Source: an uncultured Gemmatimonadaceae bacterium (GTDB taxonomy: Bacteria > Gemmatimonadota > Gemmatimonadetes > Gemmatimonadales > Gemmatimonadaceae). Taken from it: a stretch of 64,000 nt of DNA. Of this stretch, positions 23,295-35,105 are shown piece after piece. The stretch is from positions 96,001-160,000 of the forward strand of contig CAWBOC010000013.1 of NCBI GenBank assembly GCA_963790305.1, given 5' to 3'. A program made the position numbers and the translations under genes. Numbering within the stretch: the first letter of the stretch is position 1; each line of letters starts with the position of its first letter. The notes below the pieces were generated by a model. The model ran no database searches and was not told the origin of the DNA. It was given only the letters and a program-made list of their open reading frames with translations.

Positions 23295-24837
23295 ATGCAC
23301 AGACCGATAGCTCTTCTCGGTGTCGCGCTCTCGACGCTGATCGCCGGGCCGACGCAAGCGCAATTCGCTGGAGGGGACGCCGACGGCGGCGTCTACAGCA
23401 TGACGCTCCTCGGCATTCCGGTCTCGCCACGCGCCGTGGCGCTCGGTGAAGCGATGGCCGCGATCGATCGCGATCCGTCCGCCATTTGGTATAACGCCGC
23501 CGGCATGCTCGGATTGCGCACCAACGCGTTCACCGTCAACGCGCAGCAGCGGTTTGCGCAGACGCAGGTGCTCGGCGCTGCGGTGACGTTTCCCACCGAG
23601 ATCGCGACGTTCGGCATCGCCGCGCGTGCGTTCAACGGCGGAACGATCGAAGGACGCAGCGAGGGGGAGCCAACCGGCGGTGACGTCCGTGCGTTCCAAT
23701 GGGCGCTCGAAGGTGGCGGCGCGTTGCAGCTCGCCCGGTGGTGGCGGTGGGGCGGTACCCTGATGTTCACGCAGGAGCAGCTCGGCGACGCCAGCGAGGC
23801 ATCCGTCGGCGTCAATTCGGGAATGCAGTTCCCCGACATTCTCTTCGGTCGCCTAACGCTCGCCGGCGGCATCCGCAACTGGGGCACGAACGTCAACTTC
23901 GATGAGAGCTTCGAGGGCTTCTCGCCGCCGCAGATGTTCTATTTTGGCGCGGGGATCGATGTCTTCCGCCGGCGGAACCTCATCCAGACGCCGATGCTCT
24001 TCCGCGGGCAGCCGATCATTTTCGACGCCAAGGTGGTGGGACAGTTCAACGTGCCCGGACCGGATGGAGCCCTACGTCGGGCTCGGCGTCGAGGCGACCG
24101 TGAACGGCGTCGCCATCGGCCGCATTGGGTACCAGACGGGCGACGACAACCGCTCGGGAATCTCCCTCGGCGCGGGCGTGAACGTCGGCCAGTTCCGCCT
24201 GGAATACGCGTTCCGGAACTACAAGAATGGTGGCGCCGGCTTCTTCGAGAACGATCCGGTGGGCGACGCGCATAACGTGAGCTTCACCTTCTTCTGGGGT
24301 GAGCGCGAGCGCAATGAGCCGGTCGTCCCCGTGGTCGTCGCCGCGCCGGTCGACACGGCCTCGATCAATGCCGCGGTTCGCGGCGCCATTCAGGAGCAGC
24401 TCGCGGCGCTCCGTCCGCTGCTCGATTCGCTGCGTGCGCAGCAGGTCACCATCGAGCAGGCGGATCTCGTATCGCGGTACATCGTCCCCGTCCACTTCGG
24501 GTTCGACTCCGCGGTCGTGCGCGAATCCGACTTCGAGGTCCTGGGCAACGTCGCGGAGGTCATTCGTCGCGTGTATCCGACGGCGCTCGTGACGATCGAG
24601 GGATTCGCCGATCCGGCGGGGTCCGTGCAATACAATCTCGATCTCTCTCGCCGCCGCGCTCAAGCGGTTCGCGAGGTCATGATCTCGCGCTTCAACCTCC
24701 CGTCGCAGCAATTCCGCGCGGTGGGATACGGGGAGCAGACTCAGCGACAGATCATTCCCGGCGCGCGGCGCGACGATCCAGGCGCCCAATCGAACCGGCG
24801 CGTGGTCTTCACCATCGACGCGACGCAGCGGTTCTAG
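23295..24837 (+). CDS. PorV/PorQ-like beta-barrel fused to a C-terminal OmpA-like peptidoglycan-binding domain (one frameshift near 24058)
   Basis: [33 protein letters not shown]orV-type N-terminus; amphipathic strands; VHFGFDS...[25 protein letters not shown]...GYGE...NRRVVF. Confidence 0.75.
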
Positions 24838-24976
24838 CAATCTTCGCCGAGCGAGTGCATCATTCGCGACGGGCGAGAGAGCGATCTCTCGCCCGTCGTG
24901 CGTCCGGAGGGCACCTACCTCCGAGCTTAATTCGTCGCCGACGATTTGCGCCGGCGCGCACAACCAGAGCCTCCCT

Positions 24977-26285
24977 GTGCAGATCACTGTCATCGGGACC
25001 GGGTACGTCGGTCTCGTCGTTGGCGCCTGCCTCGCTGAAACCGGAAACGACGTCATCGGCGCCGACACCGACGCGGCGAAGATCGAGAAGCTGCGCCAGA
25101 ATATCCTGCCGATTTATGAGCCTGGCCTCGACGACTACGTCGAACGGAATCAGGCGCATGGACGTCTCACGTTCACGACGGATATTCCACAAGCGATCGC
25201 GGCAGCCGAGGTCATCTTCATCGCCGTCGGGACGCCGCCTGACGAGGATGGCTCGGCGGACCTTCGCCACGTGCTGATGGTGGCGGAGCAGATCGGACGC
25301 CACGCGAGCCGCGAGCTCGTGGTGGTGACCAAGTCGACGGTGCCGGTCGGTACGGCGGCAAAGGTTGAGGAAGTCATCAGCCAGCATTCGCGGTGGCCCG
25401 TCCACGTGTGCAGCAACCCGGAGTTTCTCAAAGAGGGCGCCGCCGTCGAGGACTTCATGCGCCCCGATCGCGTCGTGCTCGGCGTGAGCACCGACCACGC
25501 GCGATCGGTCCTGGCGGAGCTCTACGCGCCCTTCGTTCGCACGGGGAAGCCGATCCTGTTCATGGATGTCGCCTCCGCCGAGCTTACCAAGTACGCGGCG
25601 AACGCCATGCTCGCCACGCGCATTTCTTTCATGAATGAGATCGCGAATCTCTGCGAGCGCGTTGGCGCGAACGTCGACCTCGTGCGGAAAGGAATCGGGT
25701 CCGACTCACGAATCGGAGCCGCCTTCCTGTTTCCCGGTCCCGGTTACGGCGGCTCGTGCTTTCCGAAGGATGTGAAGGCCCTCGTGCGGACATCCCGCAC
25801 ATGCCAGGCGCCACTAGGCATTCTGGAGGCGGTCGAGGCCGCCAACGAGCGACAGAAGCGGCGTCTCTTCGAGAAGCTGGAAGAAGTGCTCGGCGCGAGC
25901 CTGAAAGGGTCCCGGATAGCCGTCTGGGGATTGTCGTTCAAGCCGCAGACCGACGACATGCGCGAGTCGCCCGCCCTGATCCTCATCGATCAGCTGCTCG
26001 ACGCGGGCGCCTCCGTCGTCGCTCACGACCCGGTCGCGATTCCGGAAGCGCGACGCCGGCTGCAGCGATCGCGTCTCCTTCGCCGAGACGAGCTACGCGA
26101 CGCTCGAGGAGGCGGATGCGCTCGTGATCGTGACCGACTGGAACGAGTACCGCCATCCCGATCTCAAGCGCATCAGGGCGACGCTCAAGCGACCAATCGT
26201 CGTCGATGGCCGCAATCTGTACGATCCGGCCAAAATGCGGTCGCTCGGCTTCACCTATCTCTCGATCGGACGGGGTGAAGGGTGA
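24977..26285 (+). CDS. ugd: UDP-glucose 6-dehydrogenase (frameshift near 26065)
   Basis: [55 protein letters not shown]. Confidence 0.96.
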
Positions 26286-27229
26286 GGGTACTCATCACCG
26301 GTGCGGCGGGATTTCTCGGATCGCATCTCAGCGACCGTTTTCTGACCGACGGTCACGACGTCATTGGCGTCGACAATCTCATCACCGGTACCGCCGAGAA
26401 CCTCGCACACCTCGAACGCGACAAGCGGTTCACCTTCATTCGGCAGGACGTCTCGCGTGCCCTAACGGTTGACGGTCCCGTGGATGGAGTGCTCCACCTC
26501 GCCTCTCCGGCGAGTCCGATCGATTACCTCGCGCATCCCATCGCGACGCTCGAGGCGGGCTCTCTCGGAACGCGAAACGGTCTCGAGCTTGCGCGCGCGC
26601 ATGGTGCGCGCTTTTTCATGGCGTCGACCTCCGAGGTGTACGGCGATCCGCTCGAGCACCCTCAACGCGAGACGTACTGGGGAAACGTGAATCCCGTGGG
26701 GCCGCGGAGTGTCTACGACGAAGCGAAGCGGTTTTCCGAGGCGCTCACGATGGCCTACCATCGCGATCTTGGGCTCGATACCCGCATCGTGCGGATCTTC
26801 AACACGTACGGCCCGCGCATGCGTCCGCGTGACGGTCGCGTGGTGTCGAACTTCATCGCGCAGGCGCTGTCTGGTGAGCCGCTCACGATCTACGGAGATG
26901 GCTCGCAGTCGCGCTCGTTCTGCTACGTCTCCGATGAGGTGGAAGGGATCTATCGCCTGTTCATGAACGGCGACGCCGAGCCGACCAACGTCGGAAACCC
27001 GGACGAGTTCACGGTTCGCCAGCTCGCCGATCTGGTGCTCGAGCTGACGGGCTCGAGGTCCAAGGTGGTGTCGAGGCCCCTTCCGACAGATGATCCCAAG
27101 GTGCGCCGTCCAGACATCACCAGAGCACGTGAGAGGCTCGGCTGGTCGCCTCAGGTCCCGTTGCGGGAGGGGTTGAAGCAGACGATCGAGTGGTTCGAGG
27201 AGCGGGAACGGGCGCTGGAAAAGCGCTAG
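26282..27229 (+). CDS. uxs: UDP-glucuronate decarboxylase (UDP-xylose synthase)
   Basis: [68 protein letters not shown]. Confidence 0.93.
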   Translation: MRVLITGAAGFLGSHLSDRFLTDGHDVIGVDNLITGTAENLAHLERDKRFTFIRQDVSRALTVDGPVDGVLHLASPASPIDYLAHPIATLEAGSLGTRNGLELARAHGARFFMASTSEVYGDPLEHPQRETYWGNVNPVGPRSVYDEAKRFSEALTMAYHRDLGLDTRIVRIFNTYGPRMRPRDGRVVSNFIAQALSGEPLTIYGDGSQSRSFCYVSDEVEGIYRLFMNGDAEPTNVGNPDEFTVRQLADLVLELTGSRSKVVSRPLPTDDPKVRRPDITRARERLGWSPQVPLREGLKQTIEWFEERERALEKR

Positions 27230-27338
27230 GGGCGCTGGGAAAAGCGCTGAGGGGAGCAACGCCGGTTTTCCAGCGCCGGTCCAGCGCCCTTAGCCCGTTT
27301 CCAGCGCCTTGTCGGTTCCTCAGCGCTTCTCCAGCGCC
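27211..27338. repeat. GCGCTG-core ~10-bp tandem/inverted repeat, family B copy 1
   Basis: Four gcgct(g/a) units followed by about five cagcgc units in inverted orientation. Confidence 0.8.
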
Positions 27339-27422
27339 TCTGTACCCTCTAACTTCCTCTGTTTGTGCGCTTTTCGCGCTCCGGCTGAACCCCACGCCGC
27401 GCCCCGGTGTAGCATTCGCGAT

Positions 27423-28196
27423 ATGCCCGTTAATTCGATAGTCCGGACCGTGGCTGCGATCGCAATCGCGATCGTGCTCACGGCCTGCCGTGCCGATTTC
27501 GAGCTCAAGCGCTTCACCCAGGACACCGACCTGTACCAGGCGGCTCTTCGTGAGCTGCAGCATCGTCACTGGGACAACGCGGCCGCCGGGTTCGAGCGAC
27601 TGACCATCGAGCTCCCCGCGCGCGACACGCTCATGCCGCTGGCCTTTTACCATCTGGGCAAAGCACGGCAAGGCAAGAAGGAGTGGCTCCTGGCGGCGCA
27701 GGCGTTCACGCGAGTCACCGAGAGCTTTCCCGACGACACCCTCGCCGACGATGCCCTGTACGAGGCAGGCGTGTCCTACGGCCGGCTGTGGCGGAAGCCG
27801 GAGCTCGACGCGCAGTACGGCGAAACGGCCATCAGCACGCTGCGCATGATGCAGGGAATGTATCCGAATTCCCCGTTGAACGATGAGGCGCAGCGGGAGG
27901 TCGACCGCCTAACGAACTGGCTGGGGACGAAGACGTACGAGACCGGCATGTTCTACATGCGCCGGAAGGCGTACGATCCCGCGATCATCTACTTCAAGGA
28001 TGTGCTGCGCCTCTACCCGACGGCCCCGATCGCGCGCGAGGCGGGCATCAAGCTGGTCGAGGCGTACAACGAGATCAACTATCGCGAGGAGGCGCAGGAG
28101 CAGTGCGCTTCGCTGCGACAGAGCTATCCGAGCTCCGCGGAAGTCCGCGAGGTGTGCGGGAACGCGCCGGCCACGGCGCAGACGCCCACGCCTTGA
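27423..28196 (+). CDS. bamD: Outer membrane protein assembly factor BamD
   Basis: Lipobox IVLTAC; TPR repeats; ELDAQYGETAI, YPNSP, GMFYMRRKAYDPAIIYF. Confidence 0.85.
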   Translation: MPVNSIVRTVAAIAIAIVLTACRADFELKRFTQDTDLYQAALRELQHRHWDNAAAGFERLTIELPARDTLMPLAFYHLGKARQGKKEWLLAAQAFTRVTESFPDDTLADDALYEAGVSYGRLWRKPELDAQYGETAISTLRMMQGMYPNSPLNDEAQREVDRLTNWLGTKTYETGMFYMRRKAYDPAIIYFKDVLRLYPTAPIAREAGIKLVEAYNEINYREEAQEQCASLRQSYPSSAEVREVCGNAPATAQTPTP

Positions 28197-28199
28197 CGT

Positions 28200-28763
28200 G
28201 TGCGGCTCGGCGTCCTCGGAGGCACGTTCGATCCACCGCACATCGGGCACTTGCTCGCCGGCTCCGACGCCTTCGAGGCACTGGCGCTCGACCGGCTCCT
28301 GTTCGTTCCGGCGGCGGCGCACCCTTTCAAGAGGGACAGCGTCGGCGCGACGGCTCAGCAACGCGTTGACATGCTCGCGCTCCTGATCGCCGGCGACGTC
28401 CGGTTCGACATCGATACGATCGAAATCGAGCGGTCGGGGTTATCTTACACGGTCGACACGCTGGCCGACCTGGCCCGCCGCTATCCGGACGCAGAGCGCT
28501 TTTTTCTCATCGGCGAGGATCTCGTGGATCAGGTGGCCACGTGGCGCACCCCAGAGCGGCTGACGGAGCTCGCGGAGGTCGTCGTGCTGGCGCGCGGAGA
28601 CTCGCCTGACGGCGGGTCCGGACGCTTCCGCCGGCTCGCGACTCGCCGCGTCGACGTGTCATCGACGGAGATCCGCGCGCGGGCGCGCGCCGGTCTGCCA
28701 CTCCATGGATTTGTGCCCGATCCCGTCGCCGCGTATATCCGCGACGCCGGGCTGTATCGATAG
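28200..28763 (+). CDS. nadD: Nicotinate-nucleotide adenylyltransferase
   Basis: GGTFDPPHIGH, SYTVDTL, FLIGED, VSSTEIR. Confidence 0.96.
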   Translation: MRLGVLGGTFDPPHIGHLLAGSDAFEALALDRLLFVPAAAHPFKRDSVGATAQQRVDMLALLIAGDVRFDIDTIEIERSGLSYTVDTLADLARRYPDAERFFLIGEDLVDQVATWRTPERLTELAEVVVLARGDSPDGGSGRFRRLATRRVDVSSTEIRARARAGLPLHGFVPDPVAAYIRDAGLYR

Positions 28764-28772
28764 AGGATCGTC

Positions 28773-31700
28773 ATGCTCAAGGGAATTGCCAAAGCGCTAT
28801 TCGGGACGCGACACGATCGCGAGCTGAAGCGCGTTCAGCCCATCCTCGACGAGATTCATCAGCACGAGCAGCGCCTCGCGTCGCTCGCTGATGACGAGGT
28901 GCAGGCGCAAACGCCGAAATTCCGGGCCGTCCTCAAGGAGCGGACGGAAGAGCTCGAGCGGAGGATCGCGGAGCTCAAGGAGAAGAAGCGCGTCACGAGC
29001 GATGCCGCCGAGCGCGAGCAGATCGACAACGAGCTCACCGGCCCGGACGGCCTGGGCGGACTCGAGCGGGAGCTGCGGGAGCTGATCGCCGACACGCTCG
29101 AGGAGATTCTTCCCGAGGTGTTCGCCACCGTTCGTGAGGCATCGCGCCGGCTGTTAGGCACGAAGCTCACGGTGACCGGCCACGAGATCGAGTGGAACAT
29201 GGTGCCGTACGATGTGCAGCTCATCGGCGGCATCCAGCTGCATCGCGGGCGCATCGCCGAGATGGCGACGGGCGAAGGGAAGACCCTCGTCGCCACGCTC
29301 CCGCTCTATCTCAACGCACTCCCCGGGAAGGGCGTGCATCTCGTCACCGTCAACTCGTACCTGGCCCGCCGCGACTCGCAGTGGATGGGGCACGTGTACA
29401 AATGGCTTGGCCTCACCGTCGGCTGCATTGATGACACCGAGCCGGGGACGCAGGACCGTCGCACGGGGTACCTGTGCGATATCACCTACGGCACGAACAA
29501 CGAGTTCGGCTTCGACTATCTGCGCGACAACATGGTCGTGTCCCTGGACCAGCGCGTGCAGCGCGGGCATCACTACGCCATCGTCGACGAAGTCGACTCC
29601 GTTCTCATCGACGAGGCGCGTACCCCGCTCATCATCTCCGGACCCGTCGGGAACGAGAGCGATCGGGATTACGCCCAATACAACGGGATGGTGTCACGCC
29701 TTGCGCGCGAGCAGACGGAGCTCGTCAACCGCCTCGTAGGCGAGGCAGAGCGCGCGCTGGAGAAAGGCGACACCGACGACGCCGCGACGAGCCTCTATCA
29801 GGCGAACCTCGGCGCCCCCAAGAACAAGCGGCTGCTCAAGGTGCTGCAGGAGCAGGGCAACCGGCAGCTGATGCAGAAGCGGGAGCTCGATGTCATTGCC
29901 GACCGCAAGATCCCGGCGGGCAAGCGACAGTTCTCCGACATCGAGGAGCGGCTCCTCTACGTCATCGATGAGAAAGGACACACCGTCCACCTCACCGATC
30001 GCGGCGTCGACGTACTGTCGCCGAGCGATCGCGATGCGTTCGTGCTGCCCGACATCAGCGAGGCGGTCCATCGGATCGATCATGATCCCGAGATGGTGCC
30101 ACAGGAGAAGGTCGACGCCCGCCTCACCGTGGAGCGCGATTACGCGTTGAAGAGCGAGAAGCTCAACATCGTGCACCAGCTCCTGCGCGCCCATTCACTG
30201 TACGAGCGCGATGTCAACTACGTCGTGCAGGAAGGCCAGGTCCTGATCGTCGACGAGTTCACCGGACGCACGATGCCAGGGCGACGGTGGTCAGAAGGTC
30301 TGCACCAGGCGATCGAGGCGAAGGAAGGAGTTCAGGTGAAGGGCGAGACGCAAACGCTCGCCACCATCACGATCCAGAACTACTTCCGGATGTACGAAAA
30401 GCTCGCCGGCATGACGGGCACGGCGGAGACGGAGGAGCAGGAGTTCTTCCAGATCTACAAGCTCGACGTCGCTGTGGTGCCGACGAATCAGCCGATGATC
30501 CGCGAAGACCGCCACGATCTCGTCTACAAGACGCGGCGGGAGAAATACAACGCAATCCTCGAAGAGGTGCAGCGTCTCCACTCGCTCGGCTTTCCGGTTC
30601 TCGTCGGAACGGTGAGCGTGGACGTCTCGGAGACCCTCTCGCGCACGTTCAAACGTGCGGGGATCGCGCATAACGTGCTGAACGCGAAGTACCACCAGCG
30701 GGAGGCAGAGATCATCGCCGGCGCGGGCCAGCCCGGCGCCGTGACGATCGCCACCAACATGGCCGGCCGCGGCACGGACATTAAGCTGGGCCAGGGCGTG
30801 ACCGAGGCCAAAGCGTCGACGGTGAAGGACGCCGACGGCAAGGATGTCGAGGTCACCGAGATGGGCGGGCTGCACATCATCGGATCGGAGCGGCACGAGT
30901 CCCGGCGCATCGACCGCCAGCTCCGCGGCCGCTCCGGGCGACAGGGTGACCCGGGGGCGTCGCAGTTCTTCCTGTCGCTCGAAGACGATCTCATGCGTCT
31001 CTTCGGATCCGAGCGCATCGCCAGGCTGATGGATCGGCTGGGCGCGCAGGAAGGCGAGGTGCTGACGCATCCTCTCATTACGCGGTCGATCTCCCAGGCG
31101 CAGAAGCGCGTCGAGCTCCAGAACTTCCAATCGCGCAAACGTCTTCTCGACTACGACGACGTAATGAACCAGCAGCGTGAGGTCATCTACTCGCTGCGGT
31201 CCTTCGCGCTGGAGGGTGGCGAGGAGCTCAAGGGCGAAGCACTGAAGATGGTCGAGAAGGCCATCTCGCGTCGCGTCGAGATGACGTTGGCGGAGTTCGA
31301 CGAGCCGGCGGAATGGGACATCGGGCTGCTGCGACAGGAGCTGCTCATGCACTACCTCGTCGCGGTCCCCGAGTTCGACGCCAAGGAGCCGCCATCCACG
31401 GTCGTGCCCGAATTGCAGGGAATGGCCGTGACAGCTGCCCGAGCCGCGTTCGATTCGAAGCTCCGGATGCTGGGCGACTTCTCCGGTCAGGTTCTGTCGC
31501 TCGTGACGCTGAACGTCATCGACCAGAAGTGGAAGGATCACCTGTACGATCTCGATCAATTGCGCGCCGCGATCGGGTATCGGGGATGGGGCCAGAAGGA
31601 TCCGCTGGTGGAGTACAAGCAGGAGGCCTACACGATGTTCGTGGACCTCATGCACGACATCCACAACACGTTCGCTGATCATCTCCTCAAGGTGCAGCTG

Positions 31701-32126
31701 CAGTTCGACGGGGGCGCTGGCGGGCCGGGTGGTGGGGGACCAGGTGGTGGGGGTTCCGGCGAAGTCCCGGCGCACAGGCCCCGTCCGCCACGGCCACCTG
31801 CGAAGCAGTTCAACGCCCTCGGGATCCTCGAGGACGTTCCGCAGCCCGCCGTCGCCGACGGAAACGGTGCCGGCGAGGAGGAGATCGACGTGGTCGATAT
31901 CGGTCCGGCGGAGCAGCCCTCGACCGAGCCGGTAGCGGTTCGTAAGGACCCGACGATTGTTGGGGCGGGGAAACTCCGCTCGCTCGAGCCGAAAGCGACG
32001 GCCATGGGCCGCGCGGGCGTGCCCGGAGCCGCGGTCGACAAGGACGCCTGGGCAAATGTGGGGCGGAACGACCCGTGCCCCTGTGGGTCGGGGAAGAAGT
32101 ACAAGAAGTGCCACGGCGCGACGTAG
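28773..32126 (+). CDS. secA: Preprotein translocase ATPase SecA
   Basis: [77 protein letters not shown]. Confidence 0.99.
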   Translation: MLKGIAKALFGTRHDRELKRVQPILDEIHQHEQRLASLADDEVQAQTPKFRAVLKERTEELERRIAELKEKKRVTSDAAEREQIDNELTGPDGLGGLERELRELIADTLEEILPEVFATVREASRRLLGTKLTVTGHEIEWNMVPYDVQLIGGIQLHRGRIAEMATGEGKTLVATLPLYLNALPGKGVHLVTVNSYLARRDSQWMGHVYKWLGLTVGCIDDTEPGTQDRRTGYLCDITYGTNNEFGFDYLRDNMVVSLDQRVQRGHHYAIVDEVDSVLIDEARTPLIISGPVGNESDRDYAQYNGMVSRLAREQTELVNRLVGEAERALEKGDTDDAATSLYQANLGAPKNKRLLKVLQEQGNRQLMQKRELDVIADRKIPAGKRQFSDIEERLLYVIDEKGHTVHLTDRGVDVLSPSDRDAFVLPDISEAVHRIDHDPEMVPQEKVDARLTVERDYALKSEKLNIVHQLLRAHSLYERDVNYVVQEGQVLIVDEFTGRTMPGRRWSEGLHQAIEAKEGVQVKGETQTLATITIQNYFRMYEKLAGMTGTAETEEQEFFQIYKLDVAVVPTNQPMIREDRHDLVYKTRREKYNAILEEVQRLHSLGFPVLVGTVSVDVSETLSRTFKRAGIAHNVLNAKYHQREAEIIAGAGQPGAVTIATNMAGRGTDIKLGQGVTEAKASTVKDADGKDVEVTEMGGLHIIGSERHESRRIDRQLRGRSGRQGDPGASQFFLSLEDDLMRLFGSERIARLMDRLGAQEGEVLTHPLITRSISQAQKRVELQNFQSRKRLLDYDDVMNQQREVIYSLRSFALEGGEELKGEALKMVEKAISRRVEMTLAEFDEPAEWDIGLLRQELLMHYLVAVPEFDAKEPPSTVVPELQGMAVTAARAAFDSKLRMLGDFSGQVLSLVTLNVIDQKWKDHLYDLDQLRAAIGYRGWGQKDPLVEYKQEAYTMFVDLMHDIHNTFADHLLKVQLQFDGGAGGPGGGGPGGGGSGEVPAHRPRPPRPPAKQFNALGILEDVPQPAVADGNGAGEEEIDVVDIGPAEQPSTEPVAVRKDPTIVGAGKLRSLEPKATAMGRAGVPGAAVDKDAWANVGRNDPCPCGSGKKYKKCHGAT

Positions 32127-32219
32127 TTCCCGCAAAGCGAAGGCGCCGGTCCGCCCGATCCGGATGATGGGCCCCGAAAGTGGAGACAAGACCTTACGGG
32201 CTCAATTCCGGAGGCCTGC

Positions 32220-32924
32220 ATGGCTGGCCAACCCGTCCCCAAATCATTAAGTATTCGAGAGCTACCTCGCTCGGAGCGACCGCGGGAGCGGCTCAAGGCG
32301 CTAGGCGCACCCGCGCTTAGCTCCGCCGAGCTGCTCGCCATACTGGTGGGGAGCGGGTGTGGAGGGCGCTCCGCCCTGGCGGTCGGTCAGGAGATCCTCG
32401 TTCGTGCCGACGGCTCGCTGCGACGTCTGGCGGCGCAGCCCATGGCGGCGCTCACCGCGTACTCCGGCGTGGGGTCCGTTCGTGCAATCACCATTCACGC
32501 GGCACTGGAGCTGGGCCGCCGGATGGTCCTGGAGGCCCGCGAGGAAGGAGATCCCCTGCGGTCGCCCCGGGAGGTGTACGCGGCATTCGCGCCGCGGCTC
32601 GAGGATCTCCCGGTCGAGGAGTTCCATGTGGCGATCCTCGATGCGCAACACCGGCTGGAGCGAGACGTTACTGTCACCCGAGGCATCCTCAACTCGTCGC
32701 TCGTTCATCCGCGTGAGGTGTTTCGCGAGGCCATTGCCGAGCGAGCGGCGGCGGTCATCCTCGTACACAACCACCCGAGCGGCGACCCCACGCCCTCGGC
32801 CGACGACAGGCTGGTCACGGAACAGCTCGTAGCGGCTGGACGGTTACTGGATATCCCCGTTCACGACCACGTGATCGTGGGCCGTGGACGATACGTAAGC
32901 TTCGCGGAGGCTGGACTGCTGTAA
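32220..32924 (+). CDS. radC: RadC/JAB-domain (UPF0758) protein
   Basis: ERPRERL, ELLAIL, HPREVF, HNHPSGDPTPSADD, DHVIVG. Confidence 0.95.
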   Translation: MAGQPVPKSLSIRELPRSERPRERLKALGAPALSSAELLAILVGSGCGGRSALAVGQEILVRADGSLRRLAAQPMAALTAYSGVGSVRAITIHAALELGRRMVLEAREEGDPLRSPREVYAAFAPRLEDLPVEEFHVAILDAQHRLERDVTVTRGILNSSLVHPREVFREAIAERAAAVILVHNHPSGDPTPSADDRLVTEQLVAAGRLLDIPVHDHVIVGRGRYVSFAEAGLL

Positions 32925-35101
32925 TGGCAACGACGGCGCTGGGCACGGTCATCCCGGGGTGGGCAGTAGACGACGCGGCCGCCATGGAGCGGCTCGACGT
33001 CGATCTCCTCGCGCGCGCCTACCGGTTCTCGGACCGCGCGCACGCCGGCCAGAAGCGATCATCGGGCGAGGCGTACGTCTCCCACTGCGTCGAGGTCGCG
33101 AAGATCCTGGCCGAGCTGCATCTCGATTCGGTGACCGTGGCGAGCGGGCTCATCCACGATGTCATCGAGGACACGGGCGTCAGCGTCGAGGAGATCGACC
33201 GCGAGTTCGGCAGCGAGATCGCGGCCATCGTCGATGGCGTGACGAAGATCGGGAACATCACCTTCCGGTCGACGCAGGAGCGCCAGGTCGAGAATTATCG
33301 GAAGCTGCTGCTGTCGATCGCCAAGGACGCACGCGTCATCCTGATCAAGCTCGCCGATCGCCTGCACAACATGCGGACGCTGGATTACCTGCCCGAAGAG
33401 AAGCGGCGGCGCATCGCGCAGGAAACGATGGACCTCTACGCCCCGCTTGCGCACCGCTTCGGAATGGCGAAGCTGCGGTGGGAGCTCGAGGACCTCTCGT
33501 TCAAGCATCTGGAGACCGACGGATACAAGAGCCTCGCCAGGCTCGTCGCGGCAAAGCGCGCCGAACGCGAGGGCTTGATCGCGCAGATGCGAGACCCGAT
33601 CGAGCGTGTTCTGCGTGACGCCGGGCTCGTGCACGCCGAGGTGACCGGACGTCCCAAGCATCTCTGGTCGATCTTCAAGAAGATGAAGCAGCGCGAGAAG
33701 CCTTATGAGGAGATCTACGACCTCATGGCGATTCGCGTGCTGGTCAACACCGTTCCGGAGTGCTATCACGCGCTCGGGCTCATCCACGAGGGATGGACGC
33801 CGCTCCAGGAGCGCATCAAGGACTACATCGCACAGCCGAAGTCGAACGGATATCAGTCGCTGCACACGACGATCTTCGGACCGGGGAAGCAGCTCTTCGA
33901 GATCCAGATCCGCACGCGCGACATGCATCGCACCGCGGAGTTCGGCATCGCCGCACACTGGCTGTACAAGGAAACGGCGAAAACGCGTGACGAGCTCGAC
34001 GAGAAGCTCGGCTGGTTCCGCGAGATCCTGGCGATGCAGCTCGATGCGAAGACGCCTGACGAGTTCCTCGAGTTCCTCAAGCTCGACCTGTATCAGGACG
34101 AGATCTTCGTCTTCACTCCGACCGGCGACGTCATCCAGCTGCCGAAGGGCGCGACACCGATCGACTTCGCGTTCGCCGTGCACACCGAGGTCGGTCTGCG
34201 CTGCCAGGGCGCGAAGGTGAACGGCAAGATCGCGCCGCTCTCGCGCCAGCTTCGTAACTCGGATCAGGTCGAGATTCTCACGTCGTCATCGGCGCGGCCG
34301 AGCCGCGACTGGCTGGCGCACGTGCGCACGGGCCGCGCGCGGCACAAGATCCGCCAGTGGATTCGCAACGAGGAGCAAGCGACCTCAGCGAAGCTCGGCC
34401 GCGACATCCTGGATCGCGAGGTCAAGCGGCGCCGTCTCGAGCGACCGGACGACGACCAGCTCCTCGCCGTCGCCAAGCAGCTGTCGCTCTCCGACGTGCG
34501 ACACCTCATCGCCTCGATCGGCCAGGGCGACGTCCACGTCTCGCAGGTCTTCAAGCTCCTTTACCCCGAGGCAGACGAGACACCCGATCAACCGGTCAAG
34601 GCAGCGAGCGCGTTCGAGCGTCTCGTCGACCGGATGCGGGGCACGACGCGAGGGGTGCGGATTCAGGGTGTCGATGGCCTGATGATCCGTTACTCCCAAT
34701 GCTGCCAGCCGGTGCCCGGCGACCCGGTTGTCGGCTACGTCACGCGCGGGCGGGGCGTGAGCATCCATCGCGCCGACTGCCCGAACCTGCTGCTCCTGTC
34801 GGCGGAGCCCGAGCGTCGACTGGAGATCGACTGGCAGGAGATGGAGGGCGAGCTCTTCGTCGTGCGGCTGGGCATCGAGGCCACCGATCGCCGCGGGCTC
34901 TACGCCGATCTCGCCGGTGCCGTCACGGAGACGGGCACCAACATCAAGAGCCTGGAGATGCGAAGCGGGGACGGGGGCGTGTTCGGCTCGGTGCTGGTCG
35001 AGGTCGAGAACCTCTCCCACCTGCAGAAGATCGTGAAGGCGATCCGGCGGGTGAAGGGAGTGACGGACGTCGCGCGCAGGGAGAGGGTGACGGCGGAGTA
35101 G
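32924..35101 (+). CDS. relA: Bifunctional (p)ppGpp synthetase/hydrolase (long RSH)
   Basis: HD domain (IHDVIED, KLADRLHNMRTL), synthetase (PKSNGYQSLHT, EIQIRT), TGS, CCQPVPGD, ACT. Confidence 0.97.
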   Translation: MATTALGTVIPGWAVDDAAAMERLDVDLLARAYRFSDRAHAGQKRSSGEAYVSHCVEVAKILAELHLDSVTVASGLIHDVIEDTGVSVEEIDREFGSEIAAIVDGVTKIGNITFRSTQERQVENYRKLLLSIAKDARVILIKLADRLHNMRTLDYLPEEKRRRIAQETMDLYAPLAHRFGMAKLRWELEDLSFKHLETDGYKSLARLVAAKRAEREGLIAQMRDPIERVLRDAGLVHAEVTGRPKHLWSIFKKMKQREKPYEEIYDLMAIRVLVNTVPECYHALGLIHEGWTPLQERIKDYIAQPKSNGYQSLHTTIFGPGKQLFEIQIRTRDMHRTAEFGIAAHWLYKETAKTRDELDEKLGWFREILAMQLDAKTPDEFLEFLKLDLYQDEIFVFTPTGDVIQLPKGATPIDFAFAVHTEVGLRCQGAKVNGKIAPLSRQLRNSDQVEILTSSSARPSRDWLAHVRTGRARHKIRQWIRNEEQATSAKLGRDILDREVKRRRLERPDDDQLLAVAKQLSLSDVRHLIASIGQGDVHVSQVFKLLYPEADETPDQPVKAASAFERLVDRMRGTTRGVRIQGVDGLMIRYSQCCQPVPGDPVVGYVTRGRGVSIHRADCPNLLLLSAEPERRLEIDWQEMEGELFVVRLGIEATDRRGLYADLAGAVTETGTNIKSLEMRSGDGGVFGSVLVEVENLSHLQKIVKAIRRVKGVTDVARRERVTAE

Positions 35102-35105
35102 ATCA

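Noticed and set aside
4933..26285. Calling the split genes pseudogenes or programmed frameshifts
   Set aside because: Motifs are intact across the breaks, housekeeping genes are also hit, and I saw no consistent slippery sites; assembly indels are the simpler explanation
27211..27338. Repeat families as CRISPR arrays
   Set aside because: Units are 7-10 bp with inverted halves and no unique spacers; no cas genes
32127..32219. Possible structured RNA between secA and radC
   Set aside because: Only weak short stems and no recognisable RNA family
32220..32924. radC as a mobile element or defence marker
   Set aside because: Full-length chromosomal type, coupled to relA/spoT; no integrase nearby
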